From assembly GCF_009914755.1 (NCBI RefSeq), contig NC_060933.1: a DNA stretch of 64,000 nt, one strand, 5' to 3'. Both the position numbers and the translations under genes were made by a program. Of the stretch, positions 29,596-42,018 are shown piece after piece; the first letter of the stretch is position 1; the number at the start of each line of letters is the position of its first letter. Source of the DNA: the human T2T-CHM13v2.0 reference genome, Homo sapiens. The notes beneath the pieces are model-generated. The model saw only the letters and a program-made list of their open reading frames with translations, searched no databases and was not told where the DNA came from.

Positions 29596-30949
29596 AAATT
29601 ATCCATCTCCTGTCAGCAGATTTCTTTGTAGTTCAGACTCTTAAAAAATAACTCAGCTCTTCAGCTATAGCATTTTCTGGGCTCTTTGATATTATCTCTC
29701 CCTGCATCACAACCTGGAAATTACTCCAGGCAGTAAACCGGAACATTCACAGGGCTCATCTCATTTGTTTCCTATCTCTTAGGGATCAAAGAGACTTCAA
29801 TGCCTGATGTCCAGTGTCATGAAACTGCTGTTTCATATATTTTGTCTGGTTCGGGAGGTTCTTTTAAGCAGGTGCATAAATCCAGTCCCTTTACTCTCTC
29901 TTGGATTAAAGCAGAAGGCCTGGGTTCACTTTTAAAACCAAATTGCAAATAGATAAAACAAGACAAACTAGATGTTGGATGGATCAATCGATAAATAGAT
30001 CGATGGATACATAGATAGATCTGACATGAGATAAACTCACTCAGATATCTGTAGAACAGATTTTGGTATTAATTTGGGGAAATAATTACTAGGTCACTTT
30101 TTTTGCTTGACACCGAATTTCTCTTTAAATACAACAAAGCAACACCTGTTTAACGAAGTAAATCATCCTTAAGTCTTTTCTAGTTAAAGGCAGATACCCA
30201 ACCATTTTTCCAAGCAAAGAAAGTCATGCACATCCATCCTTGGACATCCAAGTCCAAAATGTGCCAACATCCACTGTGAGGGATTGTCTGGGCTATTCAT
30301 TCTCCTCCTTCTCTTTCAGTTGTTTCCCATGCTTCTCCTGGATATTCCCCTTCCTTAGCAGAGAATAACCCCTCTGAGATTGTTTTTAAGGACGTGTTTT
30401 GTGCTTCTTGGTTTTGTTTCTGTTTTGTTTCCCTTTCCAGTTTTTTCTTGGGCAAACATTTCTTACTGTCCTCCTTTTGCTTGTGTTCTGGTTCTTTTTG
30501 AGCCACATAACATGTTGTTAATCATGAAATCTCTAATTTACATCAGCAAGTAGGAACATCTTATGTTCTGTGGATCCTATTGTCTCGGCTCTCCTTTTCC
30601 CATGTCTTGCTGCCTTAGAAAGTTCTTCTCCAGGAAGTAACCCTCATTAGATGGGCTCAAAGGGAGTCGTGAAAGGTGCACAGCATGGTATGACTAGACC
30701 AAAAGGCAGCAGGGATCCCTGGGTAGGCCTTTGCTGCTTTCCTTTGAATCACCAAATGTCAGCATTTAAATCTGTCCTAATTATTTCCTTCTCTGTTTGC
30801 TGCTGCAGCGACCCTTGCAAATGCAAGAGACAAAACAGATACGTTTCACTTAGCTGCCTGCTAGACCCACAGACAGCTCTTCGACATGCCTTCACTCTTT
30901 CGGTAAAAGGTGTTACACTACTCCCCAACTTTCAGAGGAAAGAGATTTA

Positions 30950-31493
30950 AAGGGTTGGCCAACAGTCCTGGTTTGCCAGGGACTGAATGGATTCCCAGGA
31001 ATTGGGATTTTTAGTTTTAAAACAAGTCTTCCTTATACACAAGAGCAAAGATCTCTCTAGGATCTATTATTAGAAGTAAAATTTCTGGTAATGAAGAAAT
31101 GTACATATCTTGAATTTTACAAATTTTGTGTCCACCAGTATGTCTGTGGGTATTACACATGCTTAACAGCATGTGTAAGATACTAATTTGCCACATCCTT
31201 GCTGCCACTTTACACTATAGATAGAAAATAGTGTATCATGTATGATTTAAATGTGAATCTCCTCACTACTAGTGAGGTTGGGCACATTTTCATAGGTTTA
31301 TCAGAATGGGTTTCCTCTTCTATAAACTGCTATCCATATCCTATTTACTCATATTTTTTATGAATTGTCTTCTGTTTATTGATTTGTTAATGTTATTAAT
31401 CTGTGCATTAAACCTTTGATTATGTGAGTTGAAAAAATGAAGGAATAAATAAAACCAGTCAGTCCTGTGCAAACTAGGATGAGCTGATCACCC
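30950..31493. mobile_element. MER94-like hAT element split by an L1ME fragment (~31024-31449, minus strand)
   Basis: agggttggccaacagtcctggtttgcc..taaaac and taaaacc..gcaaactaggatgagctgatcaccc halves. Confidence 0.6.
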
Positions 31494-32402
31494 ACCCTAG
31501 AGCTTCCTGGTTGAATATTATGGCATTTCTGGTTCACCTTAACAATGATTTCCAGCTACAGAAGAAGGATAATCAATGCAAAAAATTAACCACAATCACG
31601 TTCAAAGGTAAAGATTCCCAATCACTGATTTCTCTAAGTACTGAAAACCGGACTGCATAGTAGGGCAGTTTGGGAAACATTCTAGATGTCTTTAAACACT
31701 TTTACTTGTTTTTCAAAATATTTCACAGTGTGAAAAGTATTTTCCTGCTTTATTACTATTACTATTATATTTTCAAGCATTACTCCTATTTTAAGACACA
31801 AATTTTGGAGCCACTTTATTGGCCAATGCGATGGAATACCTAAAAAATATTGTCTGGGTTACAAGCACTTTGTTTTATACCAAAAATGTCATAAATCCAT
31901 TGTGTAGAAAAATACCAACATGCATACATATTCGTTAGAAAAATACCAACATATAAACATACATATTATATTCAGGTACAGACACATTAATGATTATTTC
32001 TACGTCCACAAACTAGAAAGAAAGAAATGTTGGCAGAGTTTATTTTCCGACAAGTGGGATGGCAGACTATGCTCTTTTTTAGTTGTTTGCATTTCTAAGC
32101 TTATAAGTATGAATAAAAACAAAGGTCAATAAAAAAGAAAAGGACCTGGAATTCAGAATTTTGTGAGGTTAGAAATTCAATTTTCCCTATTACAATTTTT
32201 ATAATTCCTTTTCGTGCAATTATGCTTACCCTTTTACTTGGCTATGACTTTATTTTTGTGGAGCATGTAGAAGATATTTAATTTATTTCAACGAATCCCC
32301 TATGTTTGCCAATTAAGTTCTTCCAACAAATCCTCTATTACTCGTTACTTAACATTTCTAATGAATGGCCTATTATCAGATAGATAGCTATTTCATTCTC
32401 TC

Positions 32403-32665
32403 CTTGTCACAAAAAGAAGGAAGCCCAAGAACTACAAAATCACCCTTGTAATGTACCAATACTGGACTTATCTGGGGAAAAAAAAAATGATGATTGTAAA
32501 CTTTTCATTTTTTTACCAAATCATCATTCCAGCCACATCACTGTGTGGCTGACTCTCTTCATCAAATGGCTTTGGCCAAAATGTTTTCAGCCCTATCACC
32601 CAGAATCCTGACGTTCGAGTTTCACGTTCACTTTGGGGAGGATCATAGAGACCAGGATAAAAGAG
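32403..32665 (-). pseudogene. GREB1-like exon remnant with a stop, a poly-T frameshift and a dead donor
   Basis: Acceptor ttctttgcttcttctag. Ends PVLVHYKGDFVVLGLPSFCDK vs [22 protein letters not shown]; then AAG|gagaga instead of gtgaga. Confidence 0.65.
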
Positions 32666-32949
32666 CTAGAAGAAGCAAAGAATACGGAGCAATGTTGAGA
32701 CGCCTGTCACTTTAAAGCTGTCTGTGTTTCCTGAGAACATTCGGAGGTATGAAGGACTACTACCATTACAGAAAAGTCTCCACAACCTCATTCTCCTCCT
32801 CCCTCCCTCTCCTCTCCCTTTCCAGACAACAGCCCAGAATAAACAGCCACCATTATGTCCCGACAGCCTGCAAACTTAGAACACCTTATCCTCACTTCAT
32901 TATGTTAAAGTTTCTATATTCTAAATATCCTCCTTCATACTGCAGTGTC

Positions 32950-33490
32950 TGTTCTACCAGTTATGAAGCTTTCAGCTGCCAGTTACCCTGACTCAAACAG
33001 ACTCAGGAAATAGCTTAAGAGATATGGAAACCAATTACTTCACTTAAGAAAGTCCAGAGATCAAGCAAGCTTCTCAGAGTTCCTCGATTCTATGAAACAG
33101 CAGAGCCATCAGGAACTCAGATTTTTCTGTCTTCCCACTCTTCAGCCTCCATGTACAAGCTTCGTGTTCAGACAGCTGTTTGCATGGTTGGAAAGTGGCT
33201 GCCAACAGCAACCAAGAAAACACATTTCCTTATTCACGCCCAAGCAAAGACAGAAAGGAAGCTGCTCTCCCAACCATAAAATATAAGCCTTCCATCTAGT
33301 CTTATTTGACCAATTTAAGATACACCGTCCACCCAGAACCAAAAACAGTTGCCAGGAAAATTCCATGTGCTGATGGGCCTAGACTCAGAGTAACTAAACT
33401 TCACCCCCTACAGCTGGAAATGAGGCTTCTGAATAAAATAAGGGTTCTCTTAGGAAAGGAGAAGGAAAGGCCTGCTGAGTAGATAACCCA
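32950..33490 (-). mobile_element. Old MLT1 (K/L-like) LTR
   Basis: Recalled reverse-strand MLT1 motifs (gactcaaac..gcttaa..agaaagtccaga). Confidence 0.5.
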
Positions 33491-33898
33491 CAAGTCCAGT
33501 ATACCCATGCTGCAATTCCCTCCTACAATCCCTTCATTCCATATTGATTAAATTACCCAACTAGTTGCTACCTCTCCGCCTCTCTGTGTTTTGTCATTGA
33601 ATTATAGTATGGTGGTGAAGAGTTCCAAAATTCCAAGGCCATGCTTCACCCCCACAGTTCTGCCTTTTTCTTCCTCTGCAAAGAAGCTTTATGAGCTTCA
33701 GGACATTATTTGATCTTTCTGTGCTTATCCCTACAGCTGTAAAATGGGATAGTCATAATCCCTATTTCATGGGGCTGTTATAGTAATTCCAAAAGACAGT
33801 CCATGAAGTACCTGTCATATAGTAATGGCTTAGTAAATGTTAGCTTCTCTTATTAATATTAGTAAGTTAATTGAACTTTAAAAAGTGATTGACCTTTC

Positions 33899-34097
33899 CA
33901 GTGGTTCTGAAAGCATACTCCCCACCATCAGTAAACATCAGTGTTACCTGGGAACCTATTAAAAATACAAATGTTGAGGTTCCCCAGCAGACCAACTGAA
34001 TCAGAAACTCTGGACATGGGGTCCAGAGTTAACAAGCAATCTGGGATTTAACAAGCCTTTCAGTGATCCTGAGGCACACTCAAGTTTGGGAACCAAG
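33899..34097 (+). mobile_element. MER5A
   Basis: cagtggttct..actgaatcagaaactctg..aagtttgggaacca. Confidence 0.85.
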
Positions 34098-35588
34098 GCT
34101 CTACCTCAACTCACCTCCAGTCAAACTACACCAGTCACTATTCCAAGAAAATGCTTCAAAATCATTAGCCAAGATACTTTTCTCTTGTTCTTTCCTCTCC
34201 CCGGGATGTTCCCACTACATCCCTATGGTCAAAGCTCAACCCAAATGCTACCTCAAACCACTATCTCTTCTATCTGGGATGCTTTTCCCCTAAATCTTTG
34301 CAGGACTGGGTCCTTCTCATTTCCAAGGTCTCAGATCAAATGACACCCCTTCCCAGAGACCACCGAGTCTTTCTCTGTCAAATCACACTGTTTTATTCTT
34401 TCTTATTACAGCATTTATCACTATATATACTTGTTATTTGTTTGTTTACTGATTTCCTGCCTCCACCCACTAACATATAAAAATTGCAAAGGCACAGACC
34501 TGGTCTATTCACCATAATATAGATCCTTAGCACCTAGAATAGCCTTGAAAATGGTAGACATCCAATAAATATTTGTTGCATGAAGGAATTGATGAAAGCA
34601 CAGTGAGCTTTTTGTAACACCAACATAAAGGCCAACTGAGCTATATCATGCTTCTCACATGATACAAATCATAATATTATGATTCTAATTAGTAGACTCA
34701 GTCTTTACTCTGATGTCATAGAATGACAGCTCCAAGTGGTATAGAAGGCAAGAGGCCCCAGTTCTTCCCCCACCCCATTAGCGGATAGGAAGCCAGCCCT
34801 ACAATTGTGTTCACTCTTATTTGTAAACTATTCAAGCCTTTCCCCATGGTCTTAGTGGTTTATTTAATTGCCTGACAACTCAGAAAGTTCTGCCTCCACA
34901 TTGAGCCCTATTTCCTGACATCCTGATGTTTCTGGAGATGGAGATCAATTTTTCAATTTCTACCTCTTGATAATTCTTTATGAATGTAATGTAAGTAATG
35001 AAGTCAATCCTCAGCTTTCTCTTTTTTTCCTGTGGAGACCTGTCCAGATTGTTTCCATTATTTATAAAATAAAGAAATTCAAACTGGGAGCAAGGATAAG
35101 AAGGATTCAGAACATTTCTTTCTTTTTAAATTAGAGGTGCTTGTGAGCTCTGCTGCAGTGACAAGAGGTGAAAATATTCCCAACTAGGGGCAACTCCCCA
35201 CTTAGCCACTTATGAGCTGCGTACTTGGAACAAGTTGTTTAGCCTTTTTGATCCTCACTTTGATCCCTCTAAAATGGGACTTGTTACTCCTCAAGATTTT
35301 TGCAGCTATCATGTGAGAAAACATACATGAAGGTGAGTAAAATGTAAAGAGCTTTCTGAGCATAAGTCATTATTTAAAAGGAGAGTGCTTTTCATTGCTC
35401 TTTAAAAAGCCAATAGATGCAAAGGTCATTATTGACTCTATTTTGTACAAAAAAAGAAAAGGTAGCAACTGTGAGAACACTAACTCATCCCCATTAGCTC
35501 TTTCCAGGTTCCACCTATGATAAAAGCAGTGCCCATGCTCACAGTCTCCTTCAGTTCATTGTCAAGACACTGCATGCTATTTGCTGAC

Positions 35589-35688
35589 CTTCACTGGAAA
35601 GTGGTTGCATCTGATTTCCTGAAAAGAGTTCTCTCGCAAATCAAGGGGAATCAGAATGAAGACTGTTAGTTGCAAACAGTAGACTCTT
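35589..35688 (-). pseudogene. GREB1-like exon remnant, 100 nt, open
   Basis: cttttattaacag| RVYCLQLTVFILIPLDLRENSFQEIRCNHFPVK |gtcagc vs [26 protein letters not shown]. Confidence 0.65.
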
Positions 35689-35721
35689 CTGTTAATAAAA
35701 GAGGTTCTTCTTCATGGTAAA

Positions 35722-36150
35722 TGTAGTGGCCATAAGAACACACTACTACAGGGAGCACAACTGACCAAGGGTCCCTGGCGCAAAGGCTGGGCTCTGAAAT
35801 CCATCACCTCTTCATGCTGAGGCCTGAGGCTCATCCCAGCCTCAGGGTCATCCCGGCCAATGACTGAGCTCCACGAGGATCCCTAGGCCTCCCCATTCCT
35901 GAAAGATCCAAGATGCAGGACTCCTCTACTGGTTGACTTTGGTTCAGGGTTGTGACCTCTTGCCAAACCGTCCCAGATTGAAGACTCTTGCGCCCAACTT
36001 TCCTACCTGTTGTTCCTACCTCTCCATTTAGGTTATACCTTCACCAAGGGCTGATAGCCTTCCCCAGCACCCATCCCTTTTTCTCTCCTAAGTATTCCCC
36101 CTAATAAAATCCTTGGCATCTCTTACAGGTTATCCAGATAACCCTGTAAA
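35722..36150 (+). mobile_element. LTR16-like ERVL solo LTR
   Basis: tgtagtgg start, ggccaatgactgagc, ccctaataaaatc. Confidence 0.65.
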
Positions 36151-36662
36151 CAAAGCAAAAAAGAAAACATCCACTTTTTGAAGAACTTTTGCATGTACAA
36201 TTACATCTAACCGTTACGAATATACAATAAATTACACAAAAGGGAAACCCTAGTCCCAACTGTTTGGATGAGGAAATCAGTTAAGTAACTTAGCCAAGAT
36301 TAATTACTTTGGTATTTTAGTAACTTCTCCATTTCATAGTCTTCCATGCTCAGTCTTCAGGGGAAAAGGAAAAAAAAAAAAAAAACTTACAATTTGCTTT
36401 CTCTTTTTATTATTATGTATCTGTTATGAACAACAATAACACAATTTATTAAGCAGGTGCTGTGTAAGTGCTTTGCATATAATCAATTTTTAATTTAACC
36501 CTCACAATAACTCAGAGAAGGAGGTGATATCCCTTTTTTACACGTAAGGAAGCAGCTTTATGAAGTAATGGGCCCAAGGTCACTCGCCTACTAACTAAAG
36601 GAGCTAGGACCAGCACCATGACTCCTAATCTAGTGCAATTGACATTAAAAATAATTATGTCA

Positions 36663-36964
<302 letters not shown>

Positions 36965-38064
36965 TCAAATACGCAGAGCATTTTACTACACACTTCTGCA
37001 TCCATTAGGAAGTGGGATGGGTGCTCACCAGTGACCCCCACCCCACACACACTCTTCTTTGGAATAAACTAGAGCTAGGGAAAGGAACAAGGCTGATAGG
37101 AACTGACATGGCATAGGCAAGGATGAGGATGACTCATCTCCTCCCAACTGCTTTAACTCAGGTTGCAGAAAGGTCGCTTGTGGCCATGTGTACTCCAAGG
37201 GATCTTATTTTAAAGAAAGCGTGAAAAGCAAGTTTTTCTTTAAGAGATTTCCACAAATACTTTTCCAAATAATTCTTTTAAAATGATTAGGAGACAAAAC
37301 TCAGCTCCCTACCACCTACCAGCCATACAATGGGGAAGAAAGCATTTGTCACCTAAGGTTCTCCCTGATCCATTTCTTGGCCACCTTCACAGCTTCCTGT
37401 CCCCTAATGCTCTGTTTCTCTTTCTGCTTCAAACCAACAGCATCCATACTGTGCTGCCATGCTTTGGCCGTGCAGTTTACTATCTGGTTCAACCTCCTCC
37501 CATTCCTCTGGCTAACTCTTCCTCATTTCTCAAGAACTCAACTCAGCCACCATATACTTCAGGAAGTCTTGCTCAGCACCCAAGCTGAAAACACCCAGAA
37601 GACACCCCTCCTCTTCTTGCTCCCCACAATCCCAATGTCTAGAGCATCTCAACATTTACCTTACTGTGTTGAGTTAATCTCACACTAGAGACAAACAGAA
37701 TCATCTCCTTAAAACACCAACCATAGCACATCACTCTGCCCCACAGGAGGTTTCAAGAAGCATCTTCTGCAGGTAAGAGAAGAGCCAGGCTCTGTGATGT
37801 GGTATTCAAGGTCCTAAATGGCCTGGTCCTTGCCCTTCTCTCCAAACTGTCACTTTTGCCCTTGCTTACTGTCATACCACTGTCCACGTTCGGATTCATT
37901 CACATGCCAAACCCCTTCACACCCAAAGATGTATTTATCTCCTCAGCTCTTAGCAGAGTTGTTCCTTTTAAATCTCCAGTCTTTGCTTGAATGCTGTCTT
38001 CTTAGAGATGCCCTCTAGTACCACCACTAGAACTATCATTATTCCCTCTCACTGTTCCCTAATT

Positions 38065-38266
38065 CTATTATTTTATTTTATTTTTCTTTTTATTTTATTT
38101 TCAAGACTGGGTCTCACTATGTTGTCCAGGGCTCAAACTTCTCAGCTCAAGCAATCCTCCCTTCTCAGCTTCCCAAGTAGCTGGGATGACAGAATCATCT
38201 GCTTAAAACACCAACCATACCACACCACTCTGCCCCACACCCCACCACTCTGCCCCGCACCCAGCT
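38065..38266 (-). mobile_element. Degenerate Alu monomer containing a 51-bp foreign insertion
   Basis: gggtctcactatgttgtccagg..ctcaagcaatcctcc..gtagctggga, resuming as gcacccagct. Confidence 0.75.
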
Positions 38267-39289
38267 CCTAGTCCCTTTCTTCATTGTGGTTTTGGAATTT
38301 TATAATTGATGTATTTGTTTGTTATTTAAATCTTTAATTTGGTAGGAAGCATATTCTTAAGTCCTTGTGCTCCTTGAGAGCAAGGATTCAGGATTATTAA
38401 ATTGTACCCCTCCGGGGGGCCTGGTGATCTAGTGTGTCCTCAAATTTGCTGAATAAATGAATGAAGAAGCAAAGTTGAGGCAAGACGTTCAAAGACAGGG
38501 AGTCATAGAATGACAGATATTTGTAGAAATTAAATATTACTGTTAGTTTCCATAATGACCTATGTTGAAGGAACTCTGAGTGTGTTATAAATTAATTTGA
38601 GCTCTATTCACAGGAAGAACTCATTATCTCTGACTTGTAAGCAAAGAAAGTTAAGCCAAGTGAAGTGACTTTTCCAAAAGCAATATAATGAGCTAAATAG
38701 GGATCTTGGTCTTGACTCTGAATAAATGTATTTTATACCCTGTCTCATTCCCAGAGGATTTGAGGTGGCTTTGAAAGACACAGACAGTTACACAATTTAG
38801 AATGTCCACAAAAACAAAACAAGCCAGTTGCTCAGGAGAAGCATGACTATTCCTGGTACAAGGTCTGAAAGAAACTTCTCCCCTGGGTCCTCACAAATGG
38901 TAGCAAACCACATCCTCAATCATCCTCCTGGACGTGCAGCAGTGGGGCTCGCAGGGTTGTTTGCTAGCATTCCGCAGTGTGGGCTGATGGCGCAAGGCCA
39001 AGGCTCAGATCCGTGGAGCAATTCTCCAAGGAGCCAAATCAAGACAGCCCAGGTGTGCAGTTCTCTGATGATCTGTCTTAATCCAAAAAGAACATCTGGA
39101 GATTCTGGAGGAATCATTTAACAGCACACTCTTCACGCTGGGCTCTATGAATTTTATTTCTCACACTAAAACCTCTAATAAGCATTAAGTAATGGTGAAT
39201 TGAAAAGGACAAGCATCCGGAACACAGTCGATGTTGAGGGACTATGGAGAGCTCCATATGATGTATCTGTCAGATGACCTGAAAAAGGC

Positions 39290-39790
39290 TATATTAGCTA
39301 GTGTGCTGGTTGGGCTGCTATAACAAAGAGACCCCAAAATACAATGGCCTAGATATAACTGAAGTTTATTTCTCATGTTAATAGGTCAAGTGTAGGAGGG
39401 TCATCAAAGGCAAGTGGGCAGCTCTACTCCACAAGGTCATGTAAGGGTCCAGGTTGACAGTGTGCCTCTGCCATCCTCAACATGCAGCTTCCTCTGAATC
39501 CAAGGAAGCATCTCTGGCTGTCACCATTTTAGAGCCAATAGAATTAAATACAGAGCATGAAAGGCCAATAGCTTCCTTATAAAAATGTGATCTTAAAGTT
39601 GCACACATCAATTCTGTTTGCATCCCATTGATCAAAATTTAGTGACACGACCAGACCTAGCTGCAAGGAAGACTGAGAAATGAAATCTCTTACCTTGGTA
39701 GCCTCATACCCACCTATAATTTAAGGGTGTTATATTACTACCAGGAAGAATGATAGAGTAGATAAGGGAGACCATAAGAATCTGTCATAG
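39290..39790 (-). mobile_element. Old MLT1 (I/J-like) LTR
   Basis: gctgctataacaaa..aagtttatttctc..cctagctgcaaggaagactgagaaatg. Confidence 0.65.
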
Positions 39791-39901
39791 GGAATTGATA
39801 CCTACTTAAAGAAAATTCTACCTGGAGAAAAGGCCAACCCACCCCTAGCCAAGTGAAGTAAAGGCAGACACCTATTCCAGGTTCAAGTTTGCTACATTCA
39901 C

Positions 39902-40020
39902 TTGTTATCGCCAGTACCAGACAATGAAGGATCAAGACCCCCAAGTTCTATGTCATATGCGTGGTTATGCTCATTTTAGGGGGGAAAAATTTTACAGCTG
40001 TTTTCAAGTGCCAACAGTGA
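39902..40020 (-). pseudogene. GREB1-like exon remnant with premature TAA (39978-39976)
   Basis: tattctttaacag| SLLALENSCKIFPP*NEHNHAYDIELGGLDP; AYDI..DP vs PFDV..DP. Confidence 0.6.
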
Positions 40021-40199
40021 CTGTTAAAGAATAGTACCCCCATATAATACCAAATATTAAGAAATGCCAATTCCCTGTGAACACTCCAGATTGTTGCAAA
40101 ATGTATGAAGGTAAATTAATCAAGTAACAGATGAATAGGATTCTTAACTCTAGGCTGTGTAAATGCTGAAGGGCTTTTACCAAAACCCAGGAAATTTAC

Positions 40200-40274
40200 C
40201 TTGGAATAGTTGATCTTAGGCCCTTCTTTCTGGCTGCCATTAGATGACAGCATCAGTTTGTCTACTGAGGCATT
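40200..40274 (-). pseudogene. GREB1-like exon remnant, 75 nt (region equivalent to the P-loop-like segment)
   Basis: NASVDKLMLSSNGSQKEGPKINYSK|gtaaat, continuing into SLLAL, vs [24 protein letters not shown]. Confidence 0.6.
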
Positions 40275-40419
40275 CTTATTTTGAAACAAAAAACATGAGG
40301 TCACCACAGTGTTACTCTGTCAAGTAGGGTAGAGAGTATACGTTCATCTTATCCAAATGGGATTTTGCATTATTATCATGCACGTTTATAAAAATGGTAC
40401 ATCAGGATACCTCACTTAC

Positions 40420-40497
40420 GCCATGGAAAATCATCTCTTCCTTCAAGGGACTGCTACTATCTCTGCTGACTTCCATGGTAATATTAAGGTTTAGATT
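40420..40497 (-). pseudogene. Candidate 78-nt exon (phase 0-0)
   Basis: cacatag| NLNLNITMEVSRDSSSPLKEEMIFHG |gtaagt. Open and in phase with the next exon; no clear motif match. Confidence 0.5.
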
Positions 40498-40839
40498 CTA
40501 TGTGAGCATTAGTCTACATGGGATATAGATTTTCTTCCCAAAGAAATTTATGTCTGTGGACTGAAAATTTATGAAAAAGTCAATAAAAGCTATGACTCTT
40601 GGTTTGCTCTAATTCTCTCTACAAGGTGGCAAAGAATCTAATGGCCAACAGTGCTTAAAGCTGGCATACTCCTCATGTAATAGATTTGGTCTAAGAAATC
40701 CATATGTGCACTTTGTCAGAAGCAAACAGATACTTATTCTAGACATCAGGTTGGCAAACATCCAAATGTATAGTTTGGGAAAAGTAGGTGAGAAAAGTAG
40801 AGAGTCCATAGTAAATATGGAGTGGACTACATACTATCA

Positions 40840-40947
40840 GTAGGCATGCTTTCAAGAACTAGAATGAACAGCCGACAGCAACCCTGAGTAATTTTCCTTA
40901 AATGTCAATCAGTCTCCTTCCAACCGTGGTCATCCCAAACGGGATGT
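40840..40947 (-). pseudogene. Possible GREB1-like exon remnant
   Basis: IPFGMTTVGRRLIDI* vs [21 protein letters not shown]. Weak acceptor. Confidence 0.45.
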
Positions 40948-42018
40948 CTTCATATGTATACATGTGTGTGCATATGCATGTGTATGTAGGTGTAAGGAAT
41001 GATGCACCCAACAGAGCTAGGTTCTAGTCAGGCACAATTTGATAAGGGGAGACAGAAAGGAGAAATAATACCTATTGAGTATCCCTATGCGTCAGAACGA
41101 TACTATGTCATTTATCTTTGTTTTGTTTTGGGGTTTGGAAAGGGGTTGTTTTTGATTTTTTGGGTTTTTTTTTTTTAAGTTTTTCCACAAAGCAACCTTC
41201 TACTCTATTATCCTGGTTTTCATATTTACTTCTCATAAGAACCATGGGAGGCAGGGATTATGATCACTGTACTAGAAATAAGGAACCTAAATCATAGCAA
41301 AAAGGAAATGACCTGCCCAAGGTCATGCAGTTCATGGAGAAACTGAGATTGAACTCAATCTGACTGCACAACGCATGCTCTTTCAAATACACCCCACTGC
41401 TGAGCTTTGATTCTGCTTACTCCCCACTTACTGTGGGCACCACAGTTCTGACTATAAATGGTGCATGGGTCTACCTAGTTCAGGTAGTGGTACCTGAAGG
41501 GACTTTAATTCTATGAGGGCTTTGCTAGAATTTAGCTTTCACAGGAATAAAGATTGGGTCTGTTTTATTTGCGACTATAAGATAGAACCTAAAATAGAGC
41601 ATGCGCTCTCCAAAAGGTTTGTTTTCTAACGAATGAAGGAATGAATGAGCATGGTTACTTCTTTATAACAAGGAGGCTATGCTATTTTCAGAGAATTTTC
41701 AGTGACTCTACCTATAATTTTTTAGATCTCAGCTTGGATCTCTTTAATATACAAAGCCTTTCTGCAATGTGTTTCACAGAAATCCACAAGTGTCCTTTTT
41801 ATTATTATTGTTATTCCTGATAAACTGTCCTATATTGAGCATGTACTATGTTCCTAGTATTGTTCTACGTACTTACATGCATTATCTCATTTAGTATCAC
41901 AATAACCCTACAAAGGAGATACTTATTTTATTCATGAGAAAGCTCAGGTTTTGAATGATTCAGTAAGTTGACCAAATGTTTCATAGAAGTTGGCCCAAAA
42001 TTGCCTAATTCCAAAAAC

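Noticed and set aside
39100-39279. Strong minus-strand acceptor (cctttttcag) followed by HLTDTSYG..LLNAY*RF*CEK, first read as a GPI-type terminal exon or as the [11 protein letters not shown] motif
   Set aside because: Exon 35589-35688 fits that motif better and the gene continues downstream. It may be a linker exon, but there is no reliable donor or match, so it is not called.
40420-40476. Perfect Kozak accATGG opening MEVSRDSSS..
   Set aside because: It is an internal Met of an exon that is open upstream, not a gene start.
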